A stretch of 64,000 nucleotides of DNA. It comes from Clostridia bacterium (GTDB lineage Bacteria; Bacillota; Clostridia; Oscillospirales; CAG-272). Under the pieces are notes generated by a model. That model saw only the letters and a list, made by a program, of their open reading frames with translations, was not told where the DNA came from and ran no database searches. Position numbers and translations under genes: made by a program. Every line of letters begins with the position of its first letter. Positions within the stretch are counted from its first letter, which is position 1. Where the stretch lies: the NCBI GenBank assembly GCA_017464805.1, contig JAFTYE010000008.1, forward strand, positions 57,261-121,260, read 5' to 3'. Below, piece after piece: positions 16,825 through 27,199 of this stretch.

Positions 16825-19461
16825 TTATCCGATCTTTGCTAGGGCGGCGACGAGAGCATCGAGGGTAGCACGGTACTTTTCGAGCTTTGCCTTCTCGCCC
16901 TCTACTACGGCGGCGGGCGCCTTGGCAAGGAAGCCCTCATTGGAGAGCTTGCCGGACAGGCGGGCAATCTCACCCTCGGTCTTCTTAACCTCACCTGCAA
17001 GGCGCGCGCGCTCCTTATCGAGATCGAGCATGTCTGCCATCGGGATATAGACGGTAGCGGCATCGGTGACGATGCTGACGGCATCGTCTGCCGTATAGGC
17101 ATCCACAATCTCAAGCGAAGAAGCGGAGGCGAGCTTTTCAAAGAACGGGACCGCGCTCTTGTAGGTTTCGGGATAGCGGGTCACCACAAAAAGCTTGGCA
17201 CGGCGGGAGGGCGGCACGTTCATCTCCGCACGGCGGGCGCGAATAGCGCGGATGCTGTCCAGAACGCGCTCCATCTCCTCTGCCTCGGCGGTGAAGGCAA
17301 GCTTCTCATCTGCCGTAGGATAAGCGGCGATCATGATGCTTTCCTCGGTGTGCGGCAGGGCGGAATAGATCTCCTCGGTGATGAAGGGCATATAGGGATG
17401 CAGGAGTTTGAGGGTCGAGCCGAGCACGTAGACCAGCACGCGGCGTGCAACCTTGGCCCCCTCGCTGTCCTTATCGTACAGGCGGCTCTTGCACAGCTCG
17501 ATATACCAGTCGCAGAGGATGTCCCAGGTGAAATCGTAGATGGTGGAAAGAGCCACACCCAGCTCGTAGTTGGCGAGCGAGAGGTTGACGGTTTTTGCCG
17601 CCTCGTTGAAGCGGGCGAGCACCCATTTATCTTCTTTAGCGAGCTTGTCTGCTTCCGGAAGGGTCAAGAGGCTTTCGTCCTCCTCCTCGGGCAGGTTCAT
17701 GAGCACGAAGCGCGAGGCATTCCAGAGTTTGTTGGCGAAGTTGCGCGCGCTCTCGATTTTCTCGTCCGAGAAGCGCATATCGTTGCCGGGGGCGTTGCCG
17801 CTGGCAAGTGCGAAGCGGAGCGCGTCCGCGCCGTACTTGTCAATAATCTCCAGCGGGTCGATGCCGTTACCGAGGGATTTCGACATTTTGCGTCCCTGTG
17901 CGTCGCGGACAAGACCATGGATGAAGACGGTGGAGAAGGGTTCCTTGCCCATATGCTCCATGCCCGAGAATACCATACGGGCGACCCAGAAGAAGATGAT
18001 ATCGTAGCCGGTCACGAGGACGCTGGTGGGATAGTAGCGTTCGAGGTCGTCCGTCTTATCCGGCCAGCCGAGCGTGGAGAAGGGCCACAGAGCCGAGGAG
18101 AACCAGGTATCGAGGACATCCTCCTCCTGACGCATGGGTGCGCCGCACTTGGGGCAGACAGCAAGGTCATCCTTGGATACTTCCATATGGCCGCAGGCAT
18201 CGCAGTAAAAGGCGGGGATGCGATGACCCCACCAAAGCTGACGGGAGATGCACCAGTCGTGGACATTCTCCATCCAGTTGGTGTAGATCTTTGTGAACCG
18301 TTCCGGCTCAAAGCGCACGCGGCCGTCGCGCACGACCTCAAGAGCCGGGCCTGCAAGCGGCTCCATCTTCACAAACCACTGGTGTGAGGTCAGCGGCTCG
18401 ACGGTGGTGTTACAGCGGTAGCAGGTACCGACGTTATGGTTATGCGGCACAACCTTGATGAGGTAGCCCTGCTCCTCAAGATCCTTGACAAGAGCCTTGC
18501 GGCATTCGTAGCGGTCCATGCCCTCGTATTTGCCAGCGTGGGCGTTCATGGTCGCGTCGTCGTTCATGACGCGGATGCTTTCCAGGTTATGACGCTTCCC
18601 TACCTCAAAGTCGTTGGGGTCGTGGGCGGGGGTGATCTTCACACAGCCCGTACCGAAGCCGATCTCGACGTACTCGTCGGCAACGACGGGAATCTTGCGG
18701 CCGACGATGGGCAAAATCAGCTGCTTGCCAATGAGGTGCTTGTTTTCCTCATCGTTCGGGTTCACGGCCACGGCGGTATCGCCGAACATGGTCTCGGGAC
18801 GGGTTGTGGCGATCTCCACGTAGCCGTCCTCGCCGTCAATGGGGTAACGGACATGCCAGAAGGAGCCTGCCTGCTCGGTGTACTCAACCTCGGCATCCGA
18901 AAGCGCGGTGATGCAGTGCGGGCACCAGTTGATGATGCGGTTACCGCGGTAGATCAGCCCCTTGTTGTAGAGGTTGACGAACACCTCGCGCACCGCGCGG
19001 GAGCAGCCCTCGTCCATGGTGAAGCGCTCGTGCGCCCAGTCGCAGGACGTGCCGAGTTTTTTCAGCTGGCTGATGATGCGGCCGCCATACTGCTCCTTCC
19101 ACGCCCAAACGCGCTCCAGGAACTTTTCGCGACCGAGATCGTAGCGGGTAAGACCCTCATTCTTGCGGAGACTTTCCTCTACCTTGATCTGGGTGGCGAT
19201 GCCCGCGTGGTCAGTGCCGGGAACCCACAGGGTGCTGTACCCCTGCATGCGCTTGGCACGCACAAGGATGTCCTGCAAGGTCTCGTCCAATGCGTGACCC
19301 ATATGGAGTTGACCCGTGACGTTGGGGGGCGGAATCACCACCGAGAAGGCGGGCTTGCGCGGATCGGGATCGGGCGCGAAGTACTTCTTATCACACCAGT
19401 TTTGATAGATCCTGTCCTCAAAGGAGGCGGGATCGTAGGTTTTGGCAAGTTCTTTTCTCAT
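16825..19461 (-). CDS. valS: Valine--tRNA ligase
   Basis: [30 protein letters not shown]-terminal coiled coil; Val T-box upstream. Confidence 0.98.
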   Translation of the reverse strand: MRKELAKTYDPASFEDRIYQNWCDKKYFAPDPDPRKPAFSVVIPPPNVTGQLHMGHALDETLQDILVRAKRMQGYSTLWVPGTDHAGIATQIKVEESLRKNEGLTRYDLGREKFLERVWAWKEQYGGRIISQLKKLGTSCDWAHERFTMDEGCSRAVREVFVNLYNKGLIYRGNRIINWCPHCITALSDAEVEYTEQAGSFWHVRYPIDGEDGYVEIATTRPETMFGDTAVAVNPNDEENKHLIGKQLILPIVGRKIPVVADEYVEIGFGTGCVKITPAHDPNDFEVGKRHNLESIRVMNDDATMNAHAGKYEGMDRYECRKALVKDLEEQGYLIKVVPHNHNVGTCYRCNTTVEPLTSHQWFVKMEPLAGPALEVVRDGRVRFEPERFTKIYTNWMENVHDWCISRQLWWGHRIPAFYCDACGHMEVSKDDLAVCPKCGAPMRQEEDVLDTWFSSALWPFSTLGWPDKTDDLERYYPTSVLVTGYDIIFFWVARMVFSGMEHMGKEPFSTVFIHGLVRDAQGRKMSKSLGNGIDPLEIIDKYGADALRFALASGNAPGNDMRFSDEKIESARNFANKLWNASRFVLMNLPEEEDESLLTLPEADKLAKEDKWVLARFNEAAKTVNLSLANYELGVALSTIYDFTWDILCDWYIELCKSRLYDKDSEGAKVARRVLVYVLGSTLKLLHPYMPFITEEIYSALPHTEESIMIAAYPTADEKLAFTAEAEEMERVLDSIRAIRARRAEMNVPPSRRAKLFVVTRYPETYKSAVPFFEKLASASSLEIVDAYTADDAVSIVTDAATVYIPMADMLDLDKERARLAGEVKKTEGEIARLSGKLSNEGFLAKAPAAVVEGEKAKLEKYRATLDALVAALAKIG

Positions 19462-19489
19462 ATTCCTGATTCCTTTCGGATTTTTTGCA

Positions 19490-19712
19490 AATAAAAAACG
19501 CCCTGCAAAAAAACAGGACGCCATGAGCGCGGTACCACCTGTGTTGATGCGCCGAGGGCACATCCACTCAACTGCCTTAACGCGGCATACGGCGGGGTCT
19601 ACTGCATTCTTCCCGCGGCTCCGAAGCGACCTTCACGCATTCCCTCGCACGGGCTTACACCAACCGCCCGCTCTCTGTGCCGATGACACGCGCTACTCTT
19701 TTCATCATAGCC
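19490..19712 (-). ncRNA. T-box riboswitch, specifier GUC (Val)
   Basis: Minus strand: AGTA, AGAGAG, GGTTGGTGTAA, specifier GAAG-GTC-G (19628-19630), T-box AGGTGGTACCGCG (19528-19540), terminator CGTCCTG..CAGGGCG-T6. Confidence 0.92.
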
Positions 19713-19723
19713 CTTGCCCAATT

Positions 19724-19819
19724 ATTGTAGCATAATCGGATTTTTTTGTCAAGGGGCTTACCTCTTTTTTCGTTTTTTCTTTCCTTTTGATTGAAATACG
19801 GCAGATTTTATGGTACAAT
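19724..19819. promoter_or_regulatory. Divergent sigma-A promoters (valS leader, thiI)
   Basis: Minus strand TTGACA-17-TACAAT (19752-19724); plus strand TTGAAA-17-TACAAT (19791-19819); both with TGn. Confidence 0.75.
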
Positions 19820-19849
19820 GGGTTGAATACTTTGGGAAAGGACAATACC

Positions 19850-21040
19850 ATGAGCGAATTTCACGAGGTTATTTTATGCAAGTACGGAGAGCTGGTGCTG
19901 AAGGGTGCCAATCTTTCCTATTTCGAGGCTTTGCTTGAAAAAGAGATGCGTGAGCGTGCCAAGCGGCACGGTCATTTCCATATCTACCATTCACAGAGCA
20001 CCCTGTACATCGTGCCGAAGGACGAGGACTGTGATCTGGACGGTATGCTGGATTCCGCGCGCCGTGTGTTCGGCATCGTGGGTATCACCCGCGCGGCGGT
20101 AGCTGACAAAAATTTAGAGGATATTTTGCGTGTGGCAAAGGGATATCTGCCGCCATTTATGGATGGCAAGAAGACCTTTCGCGTGGATGCCAAGCGTGCA
20201 GACAAGACCTTCCCAATTGCCTCGCCCGAGCTGGCAGGCGAGGTGGGTGCCGCCCTGCTTTCGGCGAATCCGCGCCTACGCGTGGATCTGCACAACCCCG
20301 ATTGCCGTATCCGCGTAGAAGTGCGCGAGACGGCGGCCTACATTCACGCCGATCAGGAAAAGGGCGCGGGCGGCATGCCTATTCGCTCCAACGGACGCGG
20401 ACTTTTGCTTCTTTCAGGTGGAATTGACAGCCCAGTGGCCGGCTACATGATGGCCAAGCGCGGCGTGGAGATCGAGGCACTCCATTTTGAAAGCTTCCCC
20501 TACACCAGCGAGCGTGCGAGAGAAAAGGTGCTGGAGTTGGCGACCGAGCTGTGCGAATACTGCACGAAGATCCACGTGCATGTGATTTCCCTGACCCACA
20601 TCCAAGAAGAGCTGCGCGACAAGTGCGAGGAGGATTATTTCACACTCCTCTTGCGCCGCTTTATGATGACGCTTGCCGAGCGGTGCGCGAAGGCTTACAA
20701 GTGCGGCGCGCTGATCACGGGCGAGAGCCTTGGACAAGTGGCGAGCCAGACGATGGAAGCCATTGGAGTGACCGATGACGCGACGGGCATGCCCGTGCTT
20801 CGTCCCTGCATCGGTATGGACAAGGAGGAGATCGTGCAAATCGCACGGCGCATTGGCACCTTCGAGACCTCGATCCAGCCTTATGAGGATTGCTGTACGG
20901 TCTTCACGCCGCGGCATCCGCGCACCCGCCCCGTGCTGGAAAAGGTACTGGCCCAGCAGGCAAAGGTGGACTTTGACGCGCTTGTGGACGAGGCATGGGG
21001 GGGCATGTACACTGTTACCTGCCGCCTCAAAGAATATTGA
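19850..21040 (+). CDS. thiI: tRNA 4-thiouridine synthase
   Basis: KYGEL.LKG.N, THUMP domain, LLSGGIDSPVA, TGESLGQVASQT, EDCC. Confidence 0.95.
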   Translation: MSEFHEVILCKYGELVLKGANLSYFEALLEKEMRERAKRHGHFHIYHSQSTLYIVPKDEDCDLDGMLDSARRVFGIVGITRAAVADKNLEDILRVAKGYLPPFMDGKKTFRVDAKRADKTFPIASPELAGEVGAALLSANPRLRVDLHNPDCRIRVEVRETAAYIHADQEKGAGGMPIRSNGRGLLLLSGGIDSPVAGYMMAKRGVEIEALHFESFPYTSERAREKVLELATELCEYCTKIHVHVISLTHIQEELRDKCEEDYFTLLLRRFMMTLAERCAKAYKCGALITGESLGQVASQTMEAIGVTDDATGMPVLRPCIGMDKEEIVQIARRIGTFETSIQPYEDCCTVFTPRHPRTRPVLEKVLAQQAKVDFDALVDEAWGGMYTVTCRLKEY

Positions 21041-21059
21041 TTAAGGAAGGTAAGACAAC

Positions 21060-21794
21060 ATGGAATTTTCAGTCAACCATCCCATTCTGTTCATCATCGT
21101 TGCCGCGATCATCGCGGTGGTGCTGGCGCAATCGATCTACTTCCTTGTGCGCGCGGTACGGCGCGCCAAGGAGATCGGCATTTCGAGAGAAACGCTGAAA
21201 AAGACGGCCGTAGCATCGGTGCTGTTTACCATCGCGCCGGCGGTGGCCATTCTGATCGGTGTCATCACCCTGTCCAAGAGCCTGGGTATTGCTCTGCCGT
21301 GGCTGCGCTTGTCGGTCATCGGCTCGCTTTCCTACGAAACGGTGGCGGCCGGCACGACCCTGACCGAGCTTGGCAAGAGCATGGGCGAGATGATCACGGA
21401 CGCCTCCGACTACATCACCGTGGCGTGGGTCATGACAGTGGGCATTATCATCGGTCTGATCCTGACACCCCTGCTTACCAAAAAGGTACAAAGCGGCATG
21501 CTGAAGATCGGCAGCCGTGACAAGAAGTGGGGCGAGATCTTCAACAACGCCCTGTTCCTTGGTATGATCTCCGCGTTCCTTGGCTATGTTTTTTCGGACG
21601 TTTTATTGGTGGTCAAGGGAGATTTTTCGGGGCTCATTCCCGTATGCGTGATGCTGACGGCGGCTGTCGTGATGCTGCTGTGCGGTCTGCTCAATAAGAT
21701 CACGAGGTGGCGGTGGATCACTGACTACGCCGTGCCAATCAGCCTGTTGTGCGGAATGGCCATGGCCATTCCCTACACCGCATGGTTAGGGTAA
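21060..21794 (+). CDS. DUF5058 family membrane protein
   Basis: Multi-TM protein with RA..IG, LPWLRLSVIGS..YE motif. Confidence 0.8.
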   Translation: MEFSVNHPILFIIVAAIIAVVLAQSIYFLVRAVRRAKEIGISRETLKKTAVASVLFTIAPAVAILIGVITLSKSLGIALPWLRLSVIGSLSYETVAAGTTLTELGKSMGEMITDASDYITVAWVMTVGIIIGLILTPLLTKKVQSGMLKIGSRDKKWGEIFNNALFLGMISAFLGYVFSDVLLVVKGDFSGLIPVCVMLTAAVVMLLCGLLNKITRWRWITDYAVPISLLCGMAMAIPYTAWLG

Positions 21795-21807
21795 GGAGGA
21801 TGGACAA

Positions 21808-22479
21808 ATGAAACAGAAAAAAAACATGACCTATCTGGAATCCGTTCACCGTGATGGCCGCGTATGGGGCCTGATCCTGTTCGGGCTGATCCTTTCCTTC
21901 CCGATCCTGCTTTCCCTTATTTTCGGTGAGTTGCCCGAATGGGGCGCGCTGGCACGCGGTGCCATCGCTGTGTTGCCCATGTACTGGGCGGTCGGCATCG
22001 TGGAGATCTTCACCTATGTCCCCATGCTGGGCGCGGGCGGTGCGTATCTGTCCTTTGTGACGGGCAACATCGCCAACCTGAAGCTTCCCTGTGCGCTGGA
22101 CGCAATGGAGCGCGCGGGTGTTAAGGCGAACTCCGAGGAGGGGGAGATCATCTCCACCATCTCGATCGCGGTATCCAGCATTGCGACCACCATCATCATC
22201 ATTCTGGGTGTGATCCTGATCGTGCCGCTGACGCCTATCTTGAACTCCCCCGTGCTAAAGCCCGCCTTTGACCAAATCCTGCCCGCTCTGTTCGGGGGAC
22301 TTGCGGTGGTCTTTGTGTCCAAGAATCCGAAGCTTTCGATCGCGCCGATCATTCTGATGCTGGTGCTCTTCATCTTTGTTCCCTTCCTGAACGCGGGAAC
22401 GGTGGGCATCATGGTTCCCGTCGGTGTTCTCTTCACCCTGGGCGTTGCCCGCATTCTGTACAAGAAAGGAATCCTGTAA
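21808..22479 (+). CDS. Membrane protein (partner of DUF5058)
   Basis: Multi-TM; Y.PMLG.GG.YLSFVTGNI.NLKLPCA, EGEIIST, ILPALFGGL. Confidence 0.8.
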   Translation: MKQKKNMTYLESVHRDGRVWGLILFGLILSFPILLSLIFGELPEWGALARGAIAVLPMYWAVGIVEIFTYVPMLGAGGAYLSFVTGNIANLKLPCALDAMERAGVKANSEEGEIISTISIAVSSIATTIIIILGVILIVPLTPILNSPVLKPAFDQILPALFGGLAVVFVSKNPKLSIAPIILMLVLFIFVPFLNAGTVGIMVPVGVLFTLGVARILYKKGIL

Positions 22480-22480
22480 G

Positions 22481-23929
22481 ATGGGACCTCTTGATTTTGT
22501 TTTTGTGGCTCTTGTCGCCCTGCTTGTTCTGCTGATCGCCGTGGTGCTGATCCGCACCGCCGCCTTCCGCCCGAAGGAAAGCATCCACGCGGACGGCGAG
22601 CCGGTGGAATTTGACCGCGATGCGACGATCGAGCGGCTTCGTGCGCTTGTACGTTGCAGGACGGTTTCCTATCATGACAAGTCCCTTGAAAGCGAGGCGG
22701 AATTTGAGAAGCTGATCGACAGCCTGCCCACCCTGTATCCGCACGTTTTCGAGGTCTGCACGCTGACGCGCATGGACGACCGCGCCCTGCTCTTTCATTG
22801 GAAAGGCAAGGGGGACGGCCAGCCTGCCGTGTTCATGGCGCACTACGACGTGGTGCCCGTGGACGAGGCGAAGTGGAAAAAGCCGCCCTTTGAGGCGATC
22901 CTTGAGGATGGTGTGATCTGGGGACGCGGAACGCTGGACACCAAGGCGACCTTTAACGGTGTGCTCTCCGCCGCCGATCATCTGATCGAGCGCGGCTTTA
23001 CCCCCGAGGCGGATGTTTATTTCGCCTTCTCGGGCGGTGAGGAGATCAACGGCAAGGGAGCTGTGCATATCGTCGATTATTTTGAAAAGAGCGGCATCAC
23101 CCCCGCCATGGTCGTAGACGAGGGGGGTGCGGTGGTGGAGAACGTGTTCCCGGGGGTAAAAAAGCCCTGTGCGCTGATCGGCATTGCCGAGAAGGGCATG
23201 ATGGATGTGTCTTACACTGTAAAAACGAACGGTGGTCACGCCTCTGCCCCGAAGCCGCACACGCCTGTCGGACTGCTTTCGGCGGCCTGCTGCCGCATGG
23301 AAAACGACCCATTCCCCGCCCATTTGACACCGCCCGTCGCCAAAATGTTCGACACGCTCGGTCGTCATTCGACCTTCGTGTATCGCATGGTCTTCTCGAA
23401 TCTGTGGCTCTTTTCGGGGGTCCTTGACCTCATCTGCCGCAAAAGCGGCGGCGACCTGAACGCGATGATGCGTACCACCGTGGCCTTTACGCAGATGCAG
23501 GGTAGTCCCGCCCCGAACGTTCTGCCGACCGAGGCAAGCATGGTGTCCAACATGCGCCTCAACCCCGCCGATACCGTAGAGGGCGCGCTCTCTCGCATCC
23601 GATGCACGGTAAAGGATGAGCGCGTAGAGGTGGGGCTGTTGCAGGGCACCAATCCCAGCCGCATCTCAACGACCGACTGCCCTGCGTGGAACAAGATCAC
23701 GTCATCGGTGGCCGCGACCTGGGGCGACGTGATCGTGTCCCCCTACCTGATGGTGCAGTGCTCGGACAGCCGTCACTGGGGCCGCATATCGGATCGCGTG
23801 TACCGCTTCTCGGCCATGGATCTTACGGGCGAGGAGCGCGCGACCATCCACGGCAACAACGAGCGCATCCGTGTGGATTGCGCCTGCCGCACCGTAGAAT
23901 TTTACATCCGCTTGATGGGGAAATGTTAA
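22481..23929 (+). CDS. M20 family metallopeptidase with N-terminal membrane anchor (carboxypeptidase S/PM20D1-like)
   Basis: AHYDVVP, GRGTLDTK, GEE, DEGG, GGHAS.P, IHGNNE. Confidence 0.9.
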   Translation: MGPLDFVFVALVALLVLLIAVVLIRTAAFRPKESIHADGEPVEFDRDATIERLRALVRCRTVSYHDKSLESEAEFEKLIDSLPTLYPHVFEVCTLTRMDDRALLFHWKGKGDGQPAVFMAHYDVVPVDEAKWKKPPFEAILEDGVIWGRGTLDTKATFNGVLSAADHLIERGFTPEADVYFAFSGGEEINGKGAVHIVDYFEKSGITPAMVVDEGGAVVENVFPGVKKPCALIGIAEKGMMDVSYTVKTNGGHASAPKPHTPVGLLSAACCRMENDPFPAHLTPPVAKMFDTLGRHSTFVYRMVFSNLWLFSGVLDLICRKSGGDLNAMMRTTVAFTQMQGSPAPNVLPTEASMVSNMRLNPADTVEGALSRIRCTVKDERVEVGLLQGTNPSRISTTDCPAWNKITSSVAATWGDVIVSPYLMVQCSDSRHWGRISDRVYRFSAMDLTGEERATIHGNNERIRVDCACRTVEFYIRLMGKC

Positions 23930-23965
23930 AGCAAAAAGGAGGGCATAGGCTCTCCTTTTTGCTTT
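23928..23965. terminator. Bidirectional terminator
   Basis: AAAGCAAAAAGGAG..CTCCTTTTTGCTTT between convergent genes. Confidence 0.8.
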
Positions 23966-23968
23966 GCG

Positions 23969-24958
23969 TTATTCTGTTGCCGTTGCGGCAGCCTCATAGG
24001 CTTGCAGGGCATCGCCAAAGGCGATGAGTGCGGCAAGATAGGCCTTGGTATCCTCGTCGATCGCGTCACCTGCCTCGGTTTCAAGGACCAGGTGCGCGTA
24101 GCTTTCCACGCTGTACGAGATCGGGAGCGTGACACCGATCGGAGTGGACACCCGAATGTAGTAGGGCTTGGTCAGGCTATTGAGGTAGATACCGTCAGTA
24201 TCCGCGCTGTATACCGTTTTGCTTTTCGCAAGCTCGTAACGACTGGATTTTACAAATTCGGGATTATCCGCAATCTCCATATACACATCGGCAGCATCCT
24301 CCAGCCCGTCGATGATGAAGCCGAAGCTGAACACAAGCCGATCCAGATAATAAGCGGAGGCGGCGGAGGAATAGGAGATATCTTCTTCCCCGAATACGGG
24401 CACCTGAAGGACGTTTTCATAGGGACGGACGGGGACGATCTTTTCTTCCTCGGAAAGGCCCATGTTGGCCGGCATGTGGGTACGGTAGCCCTGCTTGATC
24501 TGGCAGGCGGCACCGTAGTTGAGCATGGCAATCAGCAGGTCGCGCGTTGCCTCGGGAAGCTCCTCTTGCGAAAGCAGATTCATCGCATAATCCTGCAGAC
24601 CGAAGAGGTATTCCGTGCCGCGCACATTACTGCTGGTGCCGATGACGGCGTAGGGATACACCGCGATAAGATCGGCCATTTTGGTAGGAGAGAGACCACG
24701 GATCACGGCAACGTAACGGCCATCGTCCTGCTTTTGGGCCTGGATACGCTCCTCACCGACAAAGATGCCGACCTCGGTGGTCTGGGAGCTGGGGGCCTCT
24801 ATGTAAAAGTAAGCACAGAAGCCAGATTCGACCCGCACATGCACACCGACGATTGACGGACGCGTGGAGCTGGACGCTGCGCCCGAGGTGATGGTGAGAG
24901 TCGGAACGACCAGCATCACAAGGACAAGGAACAGCGAGAGAAATCGTTTTGTTTTCAT
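23969..24958 (-). CDS. Secreted hypothetical protein (329 aa) made of a tandem two-repeat module
   Basis: Sec signal peptide MKTKRFLSLFLVLVMLVV; AMLNYGAACQ and ALIAFGDA helices close two similar halves. Confidence 0.85.
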   Translation of the reverse strand: MKTKRFLSLFLVLVMLVVPTLTITSGAASSSTRPSIVGVHVRVESGFCAYFYIEAPSSQTTEVGIFVGEERIQAQKQDDGRYVAVIRGLSPTKMADLIAVYPYAVIGTSSNVRGTEYLFGLQDYAMNLLSQEELPEATRDLLIAMLNYGAACQIKQGYRTHMPANMGLSEEEKIVPVRPYENVLQVPVFGEEDISYSSAASAYYLDRLVFSFGFIIDGLEDAADVYMEIADNPEFVKSSRYELAKSKTVYSADTDGIYLNSLTKPYYIRVSTPIGVTLPISYSVESYAHLVLETEAGDAIDEDTKAYLAALIAFGDALQAYEAAATATE

Positions 24959-24989
24959 GTTGATGATCCTTTCGGAATGGTACACGGAT

Positions 24990-25018
24990 AGTGTACCACA
25001 TTCTTCGTCGTTTGTCAA
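24990..25018 (-). promoter_or_regulatory. Sigma-A promoter
   Basis: TTGACA-17-TACACT with TGn. Confidence 0.75.
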
Positions 25019-25019
25019 G

Positions 25020-25047
25020 AAAAGCCCGCGCGATGCGCGGGCCTTTT
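25020..25047 (-). terminator. ftsH terminator
   Basis: GCCCGCGC-ATC-GCGCGGGC followed by a T tract on the minus strand. Confidence 0.8.
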
Positions 25048-25051
25048 GCTT

Positions 25052-27148
25052 TTATTCGGTCTCTGAGGAATTTTCGGGTTCCTCGGTTTCCTCGGTTTCA
25101 TCGGGCACCTGTGCCTGCTCCGCTTCGGGGGCGGGGACATCCAGCGTGATACCAAGGGCTTCGAACATCTCGCGCTCCGCGTCGGAGTGTGCCTGCTCGT
25201 CGGCCTTTTTCTCTTCCTCGGCGCGCTTTTTGGCGGCGGCGCGGTTCTCTTCCTCACTCTTGCGTGCGCGCTCTTCGTCGATGGCCTCGAGGGCTTCCAT
25301 CGTCACGTCCGCCCCCTCCATGGCGGCGCGGAAGGTTTCCGCTTCCATGGTTTCGTGCTTCAAAAGGTAAGAAGCAACAAGCTCCAGCTTGTCGAGGTGA
25401 GTAGCAATATACTCCTTGCATCGCTGATAGGATTCGTCGATGATGCGGCGGATCTCGTTGTCGATCTTACCGGCGGTCTCCTGCGAGTAGGTCTCCCCAC
25501 CCGAAAAATCACGACCAAGGAAGATCTCGTCTCGCGAATGTTCCGAGCCGTAGAGCACGGTGCCGAGCAACTCGCTCATGCCGTAGCGGGTGACCATATC
25601 GGTGGCCACACGGGTGGCCTGCTGGATGTCGTTGGAAGCACCCGTGGAAATATCTCCGAGCACCAGCTCCTCTGCTACGCGGCCGCCGAGGCTGACCACG
25701 ATGCTGTCCAGCATCTCGTTTTTGGTTTGGCCGAGGCGGTCCTCCTCGGGCATCATGAGCGTAACGCCGCCCGTGCGACCTGCGGGCAGAATGGTGATCT
25801 GCTTGACGGGGTCGGCATGGGGCGCATAGAAGGAAGCAAGGGCATGCCCTGCCTCGTGGTAAGCGACCAGGCGGTTATCCTTTTCGCTTCGAATGGCGGA
25901 TTTTTTACGCGGGCCGAGCAGTATCTTCATATAGGAATCCTCAATCTCCTGCGGGCCGATCAGGCTCTTGTGCCGACGGGCGGCAAGCAAAGCGGCCTCA
26001 TTGAGAAGATTGGCGAGGTCTGCACCGGTAAAACCGACGGTCAGCTGGGCGACCTGGCGGAAGCTGACGGTTTCCTCAAAGGGCTTACCCTTTGCGTGTA
26101 CCTGCAAAATCTCCTCGCGCCCCTTGATATCGGGATAGTTGACGGTGACCTGACGGTCAAAGCGACCGGGACGAAGCAGGGCGGGGTCAAGGACGTCAGG
26201 GCGGTTTGTAGCCGCCATGACGATAATGCCCTGATGTGTGCCGAAGCCGTCCATTTCGACAAGCAGCTGATTGAGCGTTTGCTCACGCTCGTCATGTCCG
26301 CCGCCAAGGCCTGCGCCGCGGTGACGTCCGACGGCATCGATTTCGTCGATGAAGATGATGCTGGCGGGGTTCTTGCGGGCGGTATCAAAGAGGTCGCGCA
26401 CGCGCGAGGCGCCTACGCCGACATACATTTCCACGAAATCCGAGCCGGAGATGGAGTAAAAGGGAACATTGGCCTCGCCTGCCACGGCCTTGGCCAAGAG
26501 AGTCTTACCCGTGCCGGGAGGGCCGACGAGCAGAACCCCGCGCGGAATACGCGCGCCAAGCTTGACGAACTTCTGCGGGTCGCGCAAAAATTCCACGACC
26601 TCCCACAGCTCCTCCTTTTCCTCGTCCGCGCCCGCGACATCGGTAAACTTCACCGAATTGGTCGGGTCGCTACCTGGTGTGCGAGTCTTGGCGCGGGAGA
26701 AGGAATTCATTTTACCGCCCATGCCACCCGAGGCGCGCATGGCCATCACCACGGCAAGGATGCCGAGGCCAAGGAGCAGAATGTAAGGAATGTATTGCAG
26801 GATGGCGGGGGTTTCCTTGGCAGCCTCAAAGTCGTATATCTTGAGGACGGGATCCTCCTTTTGGGAGTTTTCCAGAGCCTTGCGCTCCAGATATTCGTAC
26901 TGGGCGTTGTGGCTGATCTGGTATGCGATCTCCTCTGTCTTTCCTTCGGCATCCAGTGCCTTCAGGGTCACCTTATGCGAGGGGGACACCGTAAACTCGG
27001 TGACACGATCCTCTTCAAACAAGGTAACGATCTCGCTCCATGTAGGCTCCTCTGCACGGTTCGCGGAGGCGGACCAGAAGGAGGCCACCGAAACGAACAG
27101 AAGGATCATCACAATGAAGAAGATGATGTTTTTTACGTTTACTTTCAT
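25052..27148 (-). CDS. ftsH: ATP-dependent zinc metalloprotease FtsH
   Basis: Two TMs, [32 protein letters not shown]. Confidence 0.97.
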   Translation of the reverse strand: MKVNVKNIIFFIVMILLFVSVASFWSASANRAEEPTWSEIVTLFEEDRVTEFTVSPSHKVTLKALDAEGKTEEIAYQISHNAQYEYLERKALENSQKEDPVLKIYDFEAAKETPAILQYIPYILLLGLGILAVVMAMRASGGMGGKMNSFSRAKTRTPGSDPTNSVKFTDVAGADEEKEELWEVVEFLRDPQKFVKLGARIPRGVLLVGPPGTGKTLLAKAVAGEANVPFYSISGSDFVEMYVGVGASRVRDLFDTARKNPASIIFIDEIDAVGRHRGAGLGGGHDEREQTLNQLLVEMDGFGTHQGIIVMAATNRPDVLDPALLRPGRFDRQVTVNYPDIKGREEILQVHAKGKPFEETVSFRQVAQLTVGFTGADLANLLNEAALLAARRHKSLIGPQEIEDSYMKILLGPRKKSAIRSEKDNRLVAYHEAGHALASFYAPHADPVKQITILPAGRTGGVTLMMPEEDRLGQTKNEMLDSIVVSLGGRVAEELVLGDISTGASNDIQQATRVATDMVTRYGMSELLGTVLYGSEHSRDEIFLGRDFSGGETYSQETAGKIDNEIRRIIDESYQRCKEYIATHLDKLELVASYLLKHETMEAETFRAAMEGADVTMEALEAIDEERARKSEEENRAAAKKRAEEEKKADEQAHSDAEREMFEALGITLDVPAPEAEQAQVPDETEETEEPENSSETE

Positions 27149-27199
27149 GCGGTATAAACCAAGCCTTTCCGTTGCACTGCAAAAACGCAGAGCAAGTTA

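Noticed and set aside
25187-27157. 656-aa plus-strand ORF, and similar long antisense ORFs (1579-2739, 10985-12289, 12394-14007, 28066-29916, 32342-33637, 58171-59682)
   Set aside because: They lie opposite well-supported genes, have no motifs or RBS, and are expected shadows of GC-rich codon usage.
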